From: Eutreptiella sp. 'Long Island Sound 2002'
Lineage: Eukaryota; Protista; Euglenida
Assembly: GCA_964036045.1 (NCBI GenBank)
Contig: OZ038378.1
Span: 161,386,001-161,450,000, forward strand
Direction: 5' to 3'
DNA: 64,000 bases
The position numbers and the translations under genes were made by a program. This document shows, piece by piece, positions 24,101-36,000 of this stretch; position 1 is the stretch's first letter, and each line of letters opens with the position of its first letter. The notes beneath the pieces were generated by a model. It was given only the letters and a program-made list of their open reading frames with translations, was not told where the DNA came from and made no database searches.

Positions 24101-27100
24101 TGCGTAAACTTTGTTGCTGCCCCGTGTTTTGGGAAGGGGGCCTTCAGAGCCCTTCCCGAATATTGGCACTTTGTGTCTACAACATGCCGACAGTGTCTAC
24201 AATTAGCAGGCCGCGTCTATTTGGAGTGCACAGTGTCTATAGACCACAAACTGCCAGACCCGTGTGCACGGGTAAACGTTGCTGCTACCATTAGCAGGCC
24301 GCGTCTACTTGGGGTACACAGTGTCTGCAAACCACAGACCGCCGAACCCGTATACACTGGTTAACGATGTTGTTGCACCGTGTTTTGGGAAGGGGGCCTT
24401 CGGACCCCTTCCCGAAAATTGGCACTTGGCGTCTACAACATGCCGACAGTGTCTACAATTAGCATGCCGCGTCTACTTGGGGTGAACAGTGTCTACAGAC
24501 CACAGACCGCCGGACCCATGTGTACGGGTAAACGCTGCCGCTGCCCCGTGTTTTGACAAGGGGACCTTCGGCCCCCCTCGCAAGTATTTGCACTTCGCGT
24601 CTACAACATACCAACAGTGTCTACAATTAGAAGGCCGCGTCCCTTGCCAAAACACGGGGTAGCAACAACGTTTACCCGTGCACACGGGTCTGGCAGTTTG
24701 TGGTCTGTAGACACTGTGCACCCCAAGTAGACGCAGCATGCTAATTGTAGACACTATCGGCATGTTGTAGACGCGAAGTGCCCATACTTGCGAGAGGGGC
24801 CGAAATCCCTCTGCCCAAAACACGGGGTAGCAACAGTATTTACCAGTGCACAGGGCCTGGTGGTCTGTGGTCTGTAGACAGTGTGCACTCCAAGTAGACG
24901 CGGCCTGCTAATTGTAGACACTGTCGGCATGCTATAGACGCGAAGTGCCAATATTTGGAAAGCGGGCCGAGGGCCCCCTTCCCAAAACACGGGGCAACAA
25001 CAACGTTTACCTGTGTATACGGGTTCGGCGGTCTGTGGTTTGCAAACACTGTGTACCCCAAGTAGACGCGGCCTGCTAATTGTAGACCCTATCGGCATGT
25101 TGTAGACGCCAAGCGCCAACTGCTGGCGGGGCCGGACGGAGCTGGGAGAGGCTAGGTGACATCACTAATGGGCATGCCGTTGTGCGAGCACACAGCGAAA
25201 ATGTGGAGCCACGATCTGCACAGCCTCTCCTTGGGAGGGAGTGGCTTTCCCTACACTGATTCAACCTAGCTATGCTCTGTTGTGCCTTCATATGATATGA
25301 GACTAAAGTAGACAATGAATGTGCTGCATCAGAATAGCCGATGAAACAGGAAAGACATCTGAGATTTGGATGAACAGGGATGCGGCAAAGCGGGCTGAGC
25401 AACGTGGGAACTACCCGCATTTCCCGTGTGTTGTGGAGTAGGAGGGGATACGAGCATTTATGCAGCAGTCACAAGCAGCAGTAGCCAAAGTAACCACAAA
25501 TGGGAGCAATGACACCGGCAACAGCAGCAGCAACAAAAGCAACAACCAGAGCAACAACCTCAGCAAAACATCAGCAACACCGGCACCAGCACCAGCACAA
25601 AAATGGCAGCATGAGCAACAGCAGCGGCGGCAACACCAACAAGAGCACAACAGCAACAACACCAACAGCAACAAATGCAGTGGCACTAACAACAGCAGCG
25701 CAGCAGCTTGAGCAACCTGGTCCATTAATTGTGCTTCCTGATCATGGGCCTTGTGCAAACTTTCACAGCCAACCACAACCAACCATAGCAATGGCAACAG
25801 CACGAACGCAGCAGTACAACAACTTGAGCAACAACCTCAACAACATTGTCTCAAGCAAAAACAACAGCTGCAGCAGCAGCAGCAAAACCACGGGCACCAA
25901 CAGCAGCAATGCGCCTGCTCCGCCCCCTGAGTGTGCCTGTGTGCGTATGCAATCACAGACCCACGCCCACAAACACCCCAAGTCCCACAGGCATGGCTGC
26001 AAAGATGTACAATCCCTGAGAAATGTGTGGCTCTGAGCGGTCGAACTCCCGTCGACCTGTACCACACCGCGAGAAGGTGAGGAAGGCATCACATGGACAC
26101 AAGGATAGGGACGTTTCAAATGCAATGGACACCACAAACCAGTGCATTTTGTGAGGCATGACACCCTGGTGGCCTGGCACCGAGTGTGACTGTGGAGTGT
26201 ACCGCCTTCGAAGGTTGTGGGAGGGCACTGCAAGGCCGTAGGCAGTGCATGCACCGCATTGCACAACACCGTGGGGCCCTTCTCATCAGGGCAGGAACAT
26301 GGGGAGTGAAGAAAACGTGGGCCGGTGGCAGTGACAGGAGTCAGCGCACTGCTGGGCCCCCCCTGAGTGTCGGCAAACCGCTGAAGACCTTTGGCATGCA
26401 CCCCGACTACCCACTCTTGCGAAGGGGACGGGATGAACCTGCCGCTCGTCTCGGCACACATCGCACTTCATTGGGCCAGAATTTGACTACCCATCCCCCA
26501 CTAGGTACACCCACACACACACCCACACACACAATCTGAGCGAGGGAATGAACGATAGCTGAGGGATGTTTGGGACAGCCATTAAAGGAGTTGCGTGCAA
26601 TGTGGGCAGGCCGTGGCACCATATGCAGCAGCCACCCCTTTGGGCAACAAACGTTCAGGGAGGATCCAAGTTGGCCATGAAGATGCTTTCCACAATGCAG
26701 TGTTCCACGCCCCCCCCCCCCCACACACACATGGACGCACACATGTGGTGTGTGTGTTGATGTACGTGCGCACAGGCGCAGCATTGTTGCATGCAAATCA
26801 CATCACATGCTTGAAGATGAACCCCAAAAGCTGCAGTGTGGGGCCAAGCAGCAAGCCCATGGCACTCGCCACATACCATCCTTTGGAGGTTTGCGGTGCT
26901 TGCCTTCAGAAGTGGGCCGAGTCTCATTAGGAGGATGCCGTCCCACGTTAATACCACCACTGTCTGCCACAGGGGCCACGTCGGTCTCCCTGAATAGATG
27001 AAAACAGCAAGCTCCGTGGCATTGACAATGGCGAATGTGGTTTGGGGTGGTGCTGCATAGTCCTCGTCACCATGAGTCACCCTAGTTCCAGCCCCGGCCC

Positions 27101-30100
27101 CAGTCAATCATTTGCTTACCAACGGGGGGGGGGGTGGGGGTAAATGGCCTCTCTTTGGACCCACCCACCCTAAAACCCAAAAAAAGTTTCCTCTAGGGAA
27201 ATATGAAATTTGGAATAGAGAGCCAAAAGTGAGAGGCCCAGTGAGAGGTACACAAACTCTTTTTTTGGACCTCATAACCCCCCACCCCCCACCCCCCCCC
27301 CCACCTTAACCACCTTAAGCAAATGACTGGCCCCAGTCCCCGTGCCCTGCATCTGGCACTGACCGCGAATCGTTTATCATCCTCCACAACCTGTTGTCAT
27401 CCTCTGCAATCCCTTTGATCACATCACATCCTGTCCACCCATGTACAGTCCTCTACAACCCTTTGCCACCCCCTCTTCATAACCCAATCCTCCATTACAA
27501 CCCTCTGCAGTCGTACTGCCTGCATTTCTCTGCGGCTCTGTTGAATCCTGCAAAGCCTCTTTCAATCGAAATCCTGTCCAACCATGTGCATCTTTTTACA
27601 CTCCTTTGTAAGCCTCGGACACCCCTCTGTCATCCTACTGCCTGCAAATGTTTGCGACCTTGTCCAATGCTCCACCGCCCTCTATCATCCTCTCCACCCC
27701 TTTGTGATGCTTTACAGCACCTCCTAATCGCAATCCCTGTAGATCCCCATAACCCTCTTTCACCCTCGACACTACGCTGTATTCCTCCGACTCCTCTGGA
27801 GCCCGCCGTCATCGTCCACCGCCCTCGACTTACCGCCCTTCTGCAAACACCCCTGTGACCTCGACACCTACACCCTCCTCACTACAACGCTCTGCAATGC
27901 GTGGGGACGCATGGAGCATTGCAGGTCCACGAAGGCCTGTTTGGAGCAGTGCAGAGGACCGCGCAGGGCCTTGCACGCGAGGGTTTGCCCCCCACGCCGT
28001 TTCAGGTCCGACTGCACGAGACAATACCCAGTTTTGCCCCCCTTGGCCCCAGAAACAAGCATGGCACCGCCCCGGTGAGGCATCCTGATGACGTTTGTCA
28101 CCCTTATCTGCCCATGGCCTGTCCTTCTGGTGTTGGCGGTAATGGTCCTGGAAGCACCTGCAATGCACTTTCTGCACCGACCACAGCGCTCTGCGGTGCC
28201 CATCTGGCCATCTTCCACGATGGAACGGGAAAAGGGACAACAAAGAGGTCTGAAAGGGACATCCGCGGGCACACCAAAGTGGGTGCATCAGCCGTAGGGG
28301 CATGGGAGTGACAGGCCGTGGGGTCGTGCCCCATCGCTGTGTGTGTGCCACCGGGAGGGCCCGGGCCTCCACACCCATCGGCTGTGGCCCATCACCCCAG
28401 CGCCGGAGTACACCCCGGGCGGAGCTTAGTAACGTTCACAAGGCGATGGCAGGGGCCGGCGGGGGCATCCGCACGATGCAGCGCATGGGGGGCACCTCAT
28501 GTGACCCACGAACATGCGACGTCTGCGGCATTGCACTGAGGAAAGGCATTCTCTCATGGCGGGTCCGCACGGTGCCCCCCCCCCCTTGGGGGGCTGGCTG
28601 GGAAACGGGGTGCCCGGCGGTCCCCCGCTGCAGTCACACCCCCGGCGGTGATGCTGCAGCGGAGGGCACCGGCCGGTGGAGGCACCAGCCTGGCCTCTTG
28701 AGTGGCGCCGCTCTGTCCGCGCATCCAGGCACTCCATGGGCCCTCTGGACCCCAACCCGGAAGGGGGTGCGGGATCTGGGCCCCCGAAGGGGGGGTGTGC
28801 GAGGAATGCCCCGAAGAAGTTCGTCCTTCAGTGAATTGCAGTATTTCTCACTCTAAAACACTGGGGGCATGCCAACACCATGTGCTACTTCAGGCCTGCC
28901 CCACCCTTCAGCCCCCTCCTGAGTGCGGGGGGCCAGAGCACCCCCCCCCCACAGCCCTGCCCACAGACCTCCGGTCCCGACGCTTGCGAGAGGCCCGTCG
29001 GCCTCCCCCATGATCATCCTCCTCATGCTCCACGTCATGACTCCGCCTGCTCCGCTCCCCTTTGCCAGACCAGCCGCCGTGTTCGTACCGGTCGTCGTAC
29101 CTGACGGGGGCACACGCAGGCGCAGTGCTCGCAGGCGCATGGGACCGCAGGAGAAGGCCGTGACACCACCCGCACAAGGGACCGCCGGGGGCGAGGCTGC
29201 ACCTGTCATCATACTCCCGACGGGACCGGGCATCGCGCGGTGGTGGGTCTTTCGCGTGGCGCCCTCCTTCGCGCCTGCGTCGGTCCTCACTGTCACTCTG
29301 TAACGACATGTGAGGGTAGCAGAGGCAGCACATCCCACCTTCTGTGAGGCGTGTGTGAAACAGGCAAAGAAGCATGAAGTATGGCCCCCGGGTTCTGCAT
29401 GCGGCGTCCCATCCGCATCAAACAGACCAAACAACATACCACTCATACCACCCCCGCACACCACTCGTACCACCCCCGCACCCCACTCATACCACCCCCG
29501 CACACCACTCATACCACCCCTGCACACCACTCGTACTACCCCCGCACACCACTCATACCACCCCCGCACACCACTCGTACCACCCCCGCACACCACTCAT
29601 ACCACCCCCGCACACCACTCATACCACCCCTGCACACCACTCGTACCACCCCTGCACACCACTCGTACCACCCCCGCACCCCACTCATACCACCCCCGCA
29701 CACCACTCATACCACCCCTGCACACCACTCGTACCACCCCCGCACACCACTCATACCACCCCCGCACACCACTCATACCACCCCTGCACACCACTCATAC
29801 CACCCCTGCACACCACTCATACCACCCCCGCACACCACTCGTACCACCCCTGCACACCACTCATACCACCCCCGCACACCACTCATACCACCCCTGCACA
29901 CCACTCATACCACCCCTGCACACCACTCATACCACCCCTGCACACCACTCATACCACCCCTGCACACCACTCGTACCACCCCTGCACACCACTCGTACCA
30001 CCCCTGCACACCACTCGTACCACCCCCGCACACCACTCATACCACCCCTGCACACCACTCGTACCACCCCTGCACACCACTCGTACCAACCCCGCACCCC

Positions 30101-32132
30101 ACTCATACCACCCCCGCACACCACTCATACCACCCCTGCACACCACTCGTACCACCCCCGCACACCACTCATACCACCCCCGCACACCACTCATACCACC
30201 CCTGCACACCACTCATACCACCCCTGCACACCACTCATACCACCCCCGCACACCACTCGTACCACCCCTGCACACCACTCATACCACCCCCGCACACCAC
30301 TCATACCACCCCCGCACACCACTCATACCACCCCCGCACACCACTCATACCACCCCTGCACACCACTCATACCACCCCTGCACACCACTCATACCACCCC
30401 TGCACACCACTCGTACCACCCCTGCACACCACTCGTACCACCCCTGCACACCACTCGTACCACCCCCGCACACCACTCATACCACCCCTGCACACCACTC
30501 GTACCACCCCTGCACACCACTCGTACCACCCCTGCACACCACTCATACCAACCCTGCACACCACTCGTACCACCCCCGCACCCCACTCATACCACCCCTG
30601 CACACCACTCGTACCACCCCTGCACACCACTCGTACCACCCCTGCACACCACTCGTACCACCCCCGCACACCACTCATACCACCCCTGCACACCACTCGT
30701 ACCACCCCTGCACACCACTCGTACCAACCCTGCACACCACTCATACCACCGTTGCACATGTCGCAAATAACACAATGCTCAGAATACCTATGTACCTTGG
30801 AACCTATGTACTTTGCAAGGCAGCATGCAATATGACCGGCGATAATGGACACATCTTTGGGACCCGCAAACGACCTCAAAAATTCCAGGCACTTAGCTTC
30901 GGCGGCACCCAGCGAATCACGCTGGATATCGCCACCGATATCGGTTGCGTCTTTGGGACCGTCAAGCGGGCTCCAAATTTCCAGGCGCGGGGCTGCCGGA
31001 GTATGCCCAAAACCGTCAAGAATTACTGTTGTGTCTTTGGGGCCCCGCCAGTTTCAAAACTTCCGGGCGATTTGCAAATATAGCAACAAAAAAATTGAAA
31101 GTCCATAGGATTCACCTCATGCAAAATTTGGTGCCACACCACTGTGTGTTGGGGCCGATGGGTGCCATGAACAGTTGGAAAACTTTCAAAATGGGGGGGG
31201 AGATGAGGGAAGCATAAAAACATTTTGTGCAGTGCTGATTTGCGACATGTGGCGTACACCTCCGCCACGTATACCATGCCATACCCTCGACTGCCGCATG
31301 CCTCTCTGCAGGTCCTGGTCAAGCAAGCTGCCAGATCCTCATTATCTCTGCCCTCCTGGTTCCCCTCCCGCTGGCTGCTCTGTCTACTGCGGCTGGGAGG
31401 GATGGGTTTTCCTTGTTTGTCCTGGCGGCAGCGGCTGCACCACCTCCTGCACACGGAGCTTGCGTGTCAGTCCCGCCGTATATACACTTCGGCCCTCATC
31501 AGGGGTCTTTTGTTTGATTCGGTATGGCAGGAGCTGTCTGGCAGTGATCCCCTCCGCTTTCAGACTTACTGCACTGATCTTGGTCTGACCCTGTGTGTGG
31601 AGCCCTGTCTGGGGCTTCAGGCGCCTGTCATGCAGTCCTGCTGGCTACGTACTTCGCTTCGTGCCCCTTTCCCCAGGGTATCTGACGGGGCGGCCTCTGG
31701 GCACGCCATTGGTTTTGCCGCGGTCCTCATCGATGCCGGTCGCTGCGTATTCCTGGGGCCATGCGTGTGTGTGTGACCCTTCGTCCTGGCTGGCGGAGTG
31801 GCTGGGCAAGTTGCTGGTGGCCGATCAGGCAACAGCGTGTAGGGCTCGGCAGTGCCTCCTGCTTGGTGCATGGCTCGGCTGAGGAGGCACACCCCATAAT
31901 AGTCCCAGTCCCTGCGGCTCGCCCATCGGTCTGAGCCTGGGGCTGGCCGGGGCCGCTCCCCTGGGGAGGGCCCCCGAGGCCCTTGGTCGTGCTTGGCCCC
32001 CCGCTCCGGAGGGTAGTCGTAGTCGTAGTCCGATCCATCGTCGTAGGCATTCCAATACTGCGGCACAGACGACGGACACCTCAGGGGCAGTGTGACGGAG
32101 CTAAGGCAAGTCCCCAGGCCCCGGTAAGTCCG

Positions 32133-32168
<36 letters not shown>

Positions 32169-33056
32169 CCATTCAGGCTCCACATGAGAACAGCCTTATG
32201 ACGCTGTCTCTTGGGGGGCACCCGGGGGTTGTAGCAGGCGGATGCATACAGATCTGAGCAACCCTCCCCCCCCCCCCCCCCCAGTAGTCATCCCTCCGCC
32301 CCCCCCCCCCCCCCCTCAGTCCAGCAGAGTCCACGGTGGTGTTGGGAAACCCACTGAGTTTTGGCCGCGCCGGCGCAGTGCCCCCCCCTCCACTGGGTTA
32401 AAGCTGCACCCCCTGACCCCCCTGACCCCCCCCCCCCGTTACCAACGGAGTGCGGCGTGGAGGGGCGGGGGCCCATCCCCTGTGCCCCCCCCCCCCCCCC
32501 CCGCGCCTCCCCACGGCCCTGCTCTGTGGGCGGTGCGGCCTTCAAGTCGTTAATGGGCAGGAGCCCCCCGCCCTCTGTCCAGCCCTCGAGGGCCCGGCGT
32601 CCCCGTGCCTTCAGCCCCGGCCCGCCCCCCACCGCCCCCCCTCTGGCCCTCGGAGGCGGGGGCCCTGCGCATGCCACGCCCCAGGGCACGAGGACCGTGG
32701 CCATGCCCCAGCGCCGGGCCACGGGGGCCAGGGGGATCATCCCCTGCCCCCCCCCCCCCCCAGCGCCATGTCCCGCCGGGCGGGGCCAGGGGGTCGATGC
32801 AGAGGGCCCGGCGGTGCTCCCCCGCCGCGCCGCCCAGCCCCACGTCATCCCACAGCCCTTGGGCCGCGCCTTTTACAGGCGCCAGCCTACGGGCCCCCTC
32901 CCTCTGCCAACGGTACAGCGGAGGGGCACGCGGGAATCCCCCCCCCTCCCCCGGCCTCCCCCACGCGCACCCTCCCTGCCCCCCCCCCCCCACCCCCCCA
33001 CCCCCTCAGCCACCCCAATGCCCGGCCCTGTGGCAGCAAGCTCGTGCCCGGGCAGG

Positions 33057-33087
<31 letters not shown>

Positions 33088-36000
33088 CGCCCCCCAGCCC
33101 CCGTAGGGATCGCGCCCCCCCTTGAGGGCCCGGCGTTCCCTTGCCTTCAGCCCAGGTCCACTGCCCCCCCTCCCGCAGCGGACTCCCACAGGCAGCGCCA
33201 CACCGGGAGGCACCACTGGAGGCTAAGCCCCCCCCCCCCCCCCTCCAGGACGAGGGCACCCGGGCCCATGTATGTCGCCCGGTGCCCCCCCCCCCCCCCT
33301 CGCAGGTCAGCCCTGCAACACTGCCCGGCCCTACGTCCCCCCTGACATACATGTGCCACACCGCCGCGCACGTACCCGGGCCTATGGGCCTATCCCCCCC
33401 CCCCCCCCCCCCCTCCGCCCACTGACGGAGGGGCACGTGGGATATCCCCCCCCCCTGCCCCCCTCCCATGCTCCGCTCCGCAGGGGCCACTGCCGCTGCC
33501 ACAGGGCCGCCACGCCGGGGTAGGGGGCCCCTAAGCCCTCCACCCCCCATGACCGGGGGCCAGGGCCCGCCGGGTACGCCCGGGCAGGGGGTCCTACCCT
33601 CCAACACCCGGTGCCCCTGGGGCCCAGCCACAACGGCAGGACGTTTTTTAACTGAAAAAAAAAATCCTGTCCACTAAAAAACGTCCTGCACAACGGGGGG
33701 GTGCATACCCCCCCACGCCCGGATGCAGATGGACGGGCACATGTGCGGGCACGGCGCGGCACCGTCGTGGACGCGGTCGTGCCTTGTGCCACGCCCCCCG
33801 CACACACAGCCCTGCACACAGCCCCCCCCCTGCCCGGCCCCAAACCAGCGCTCATATGTCACCCTCGGGGCCAGAGGGCCCGCACGAACGCGGCTCCCTT
33901 GCGCCCTCCCCAGGGGCATTGTGTGGGCCAAGGTCCCGCTGGCAGCCGCTGGGCGCCGCAACACCAAACACTAAACACCAAACAGCCCCCCCCAATAGTC
34001 ATGCCCCCCCCCCCCCCGCGTCAGAACGGCGACGCATGCAAAAGCACGCCCTTGCCCCTGGGACCATGGTGCTGGGCCCATGCAGCCACCCCACCACGTG
34101 AGGAACGACGCCCCCCCCCCCCCCCCCACCGACCGGCCCGGGATACCCCAGAAAGGGAGCACCCCTGTTGGGGGAGGGGAGCAGCAGGCCTCTGACCTGG
34201 TCATGCGCCGCCTTCCGCCTCCGCCCAGACCCAGACGAGGGCTGTTGCTTCTTCGGATCTGATGGTGAGTCTTCGCTCTTCCCTCGTCTTGACTTGTGAC
34301 TGGCAGTCCAGAGGGACAGGGGGGCAGGATACGCACAGGCACACGCTGTGTGACATGCGGAGACGCAGAGGCTGGGGAGGGAGGGGAGCATGCGCAATCC
34401 TTGGGGAGTGCGTGTGTAGGTTGTGGGATTGTGTGTGGGGGGGGGGGGGTGCGTGTGTGCGTGCGTGCGTGTGTGCGTGTGTGGGGGGGGGGGGGGGTGC
34501 GTGCATGTGTGTGTGGGTGTGTGGGTGTGTGGGTGTGGGTGTGTGGGTGTGTGTGTGTGGGTGTGTGAGGGTGTGTGTGTGTGTGTGTGGGTGTGTGTGT
34601 GTGTGGGTGGGTGTGTGCGCGGGTGTGTGTGTGTGTGTGTGTGGGTGGGTGGGTGGGTGGGTGGGTGTGTGTGTGTGGGTGGGTGGGTGGGCGTGTGGGT
34701 GTGCGTGTGTGCGCGTGTGTGTGTGTGTGCGTGTGCGTGCGTGTGTGCATTTGTATGAACTTCTGGGTGCACGCGTGTGCGTGGTATTGTGTGTGTGGGG
34801 GGGTGGGTGTGTGGGTGGGTGTGGGTGTGTATATGCTGTCGGATGGAGTCTCTCTGGCTGTGCCCTGAGTCCAACCATGACTGGCGGGTGTACGAGTACC
34901 AAGTACCAGTACACCGTAGGCCTGCTTGGCACCCTACCCCCGCGCACGACCAGCCCTATGGCCCTTTCCTCGGGCTGAACTCGGACGTAGGTGAGCTGTT
35001 CCACACAAGCATCCTCCAAGCATGCCACATTCTGGAGCATGAAGACAAAGGAATGACGAACGTTCTCGAGGTGGTGGGCACCGAAGGCGCAACCTATGTA
35101 GCAGCTGAGACGCTGGACCCCACGTGCTATCGGACCACGTTCATCGCGTCGCAGTCCAACTCATGAGCTTCTTTACCAACTGCTTCACATGTAGCTTCAC
35201 CAGGTAAAGGGGGTGTATCCCCTTGGCCACCGTCTGCAAGACGACCATCTCTGCCCCTAAGGCCAACCTCCTACTCTGCCACTAGTCCTTGGCCTGGGCC
35301 GGATAGCACCGGTCCCGGTCCCCCACCTAGCAGGAGCGGCGTGGAGCAACATCCCGGCCCTAACAGCCCAGGTAACTACCGAGCATTGGCCCCAAGAGTG
35401 CACCGGCCGAGTGAGGTCCATAGATCCCGGGATGACAGCCGTCCCGTGATTTCAGCACTTTGTGGCCCGGGGCAGCCCAGGCAACCCCTTCACTTGGGCT
35501 AGAGAATTGCTTGCACCTTGTCCTTGCCCCACCCTTTGAGGGCTCATTCGTGCTGTTCCTTGCTCAAGCGGCTGGGTGCAACACTTGCCCTTGGTACGGC
35601 CACACTGCCACTTGGCATCAGGATACTGTAGGGGCACCCTTCTTCTCCTCGCACCCGGCTCCAAGGGGCTGCCCCCCCTCTAGACTAGGTGATCCTTGCA
35701 AACGCCGCAGCCCCGTCCAGGGGATAAGCGCCGAAGCAAGAGGTCTGAGGCCTGCCGCTGAAGCATCCGCCAGCCATGCCGGCAAGGGGTGATTGTGGTC
35801 TGCCCCCTCCTCCTCAAACATGCCCAGCCCCTTACGGGGGGTGAGCTCACACATGCTTGCCTACAAGGTGTGGTTGTGGTCCAACCCCTCCTCCCTGATC
35901 TTATGCCCCTTGGGGGGTGGGCTTCACCCTCCCCTGCCCTCCTTGGTCTGGCGGGGCTGCTCCCTGTCTGGAGCCAAGCAAACAACTCTTGCTCCGCCTC

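Noticed and set aside
22345-25119. CRISPR array
   Set aside because: Whole units repeat, with no unique spacers, no cas genes and a eukaryotic context.
29310-31083. 484-569 aa His/Pro/Thr-rich proteins
   Set aside because: All three frames are open because the 22-bp repeat lacks stops; the region is an intron of the minus-strand gene.
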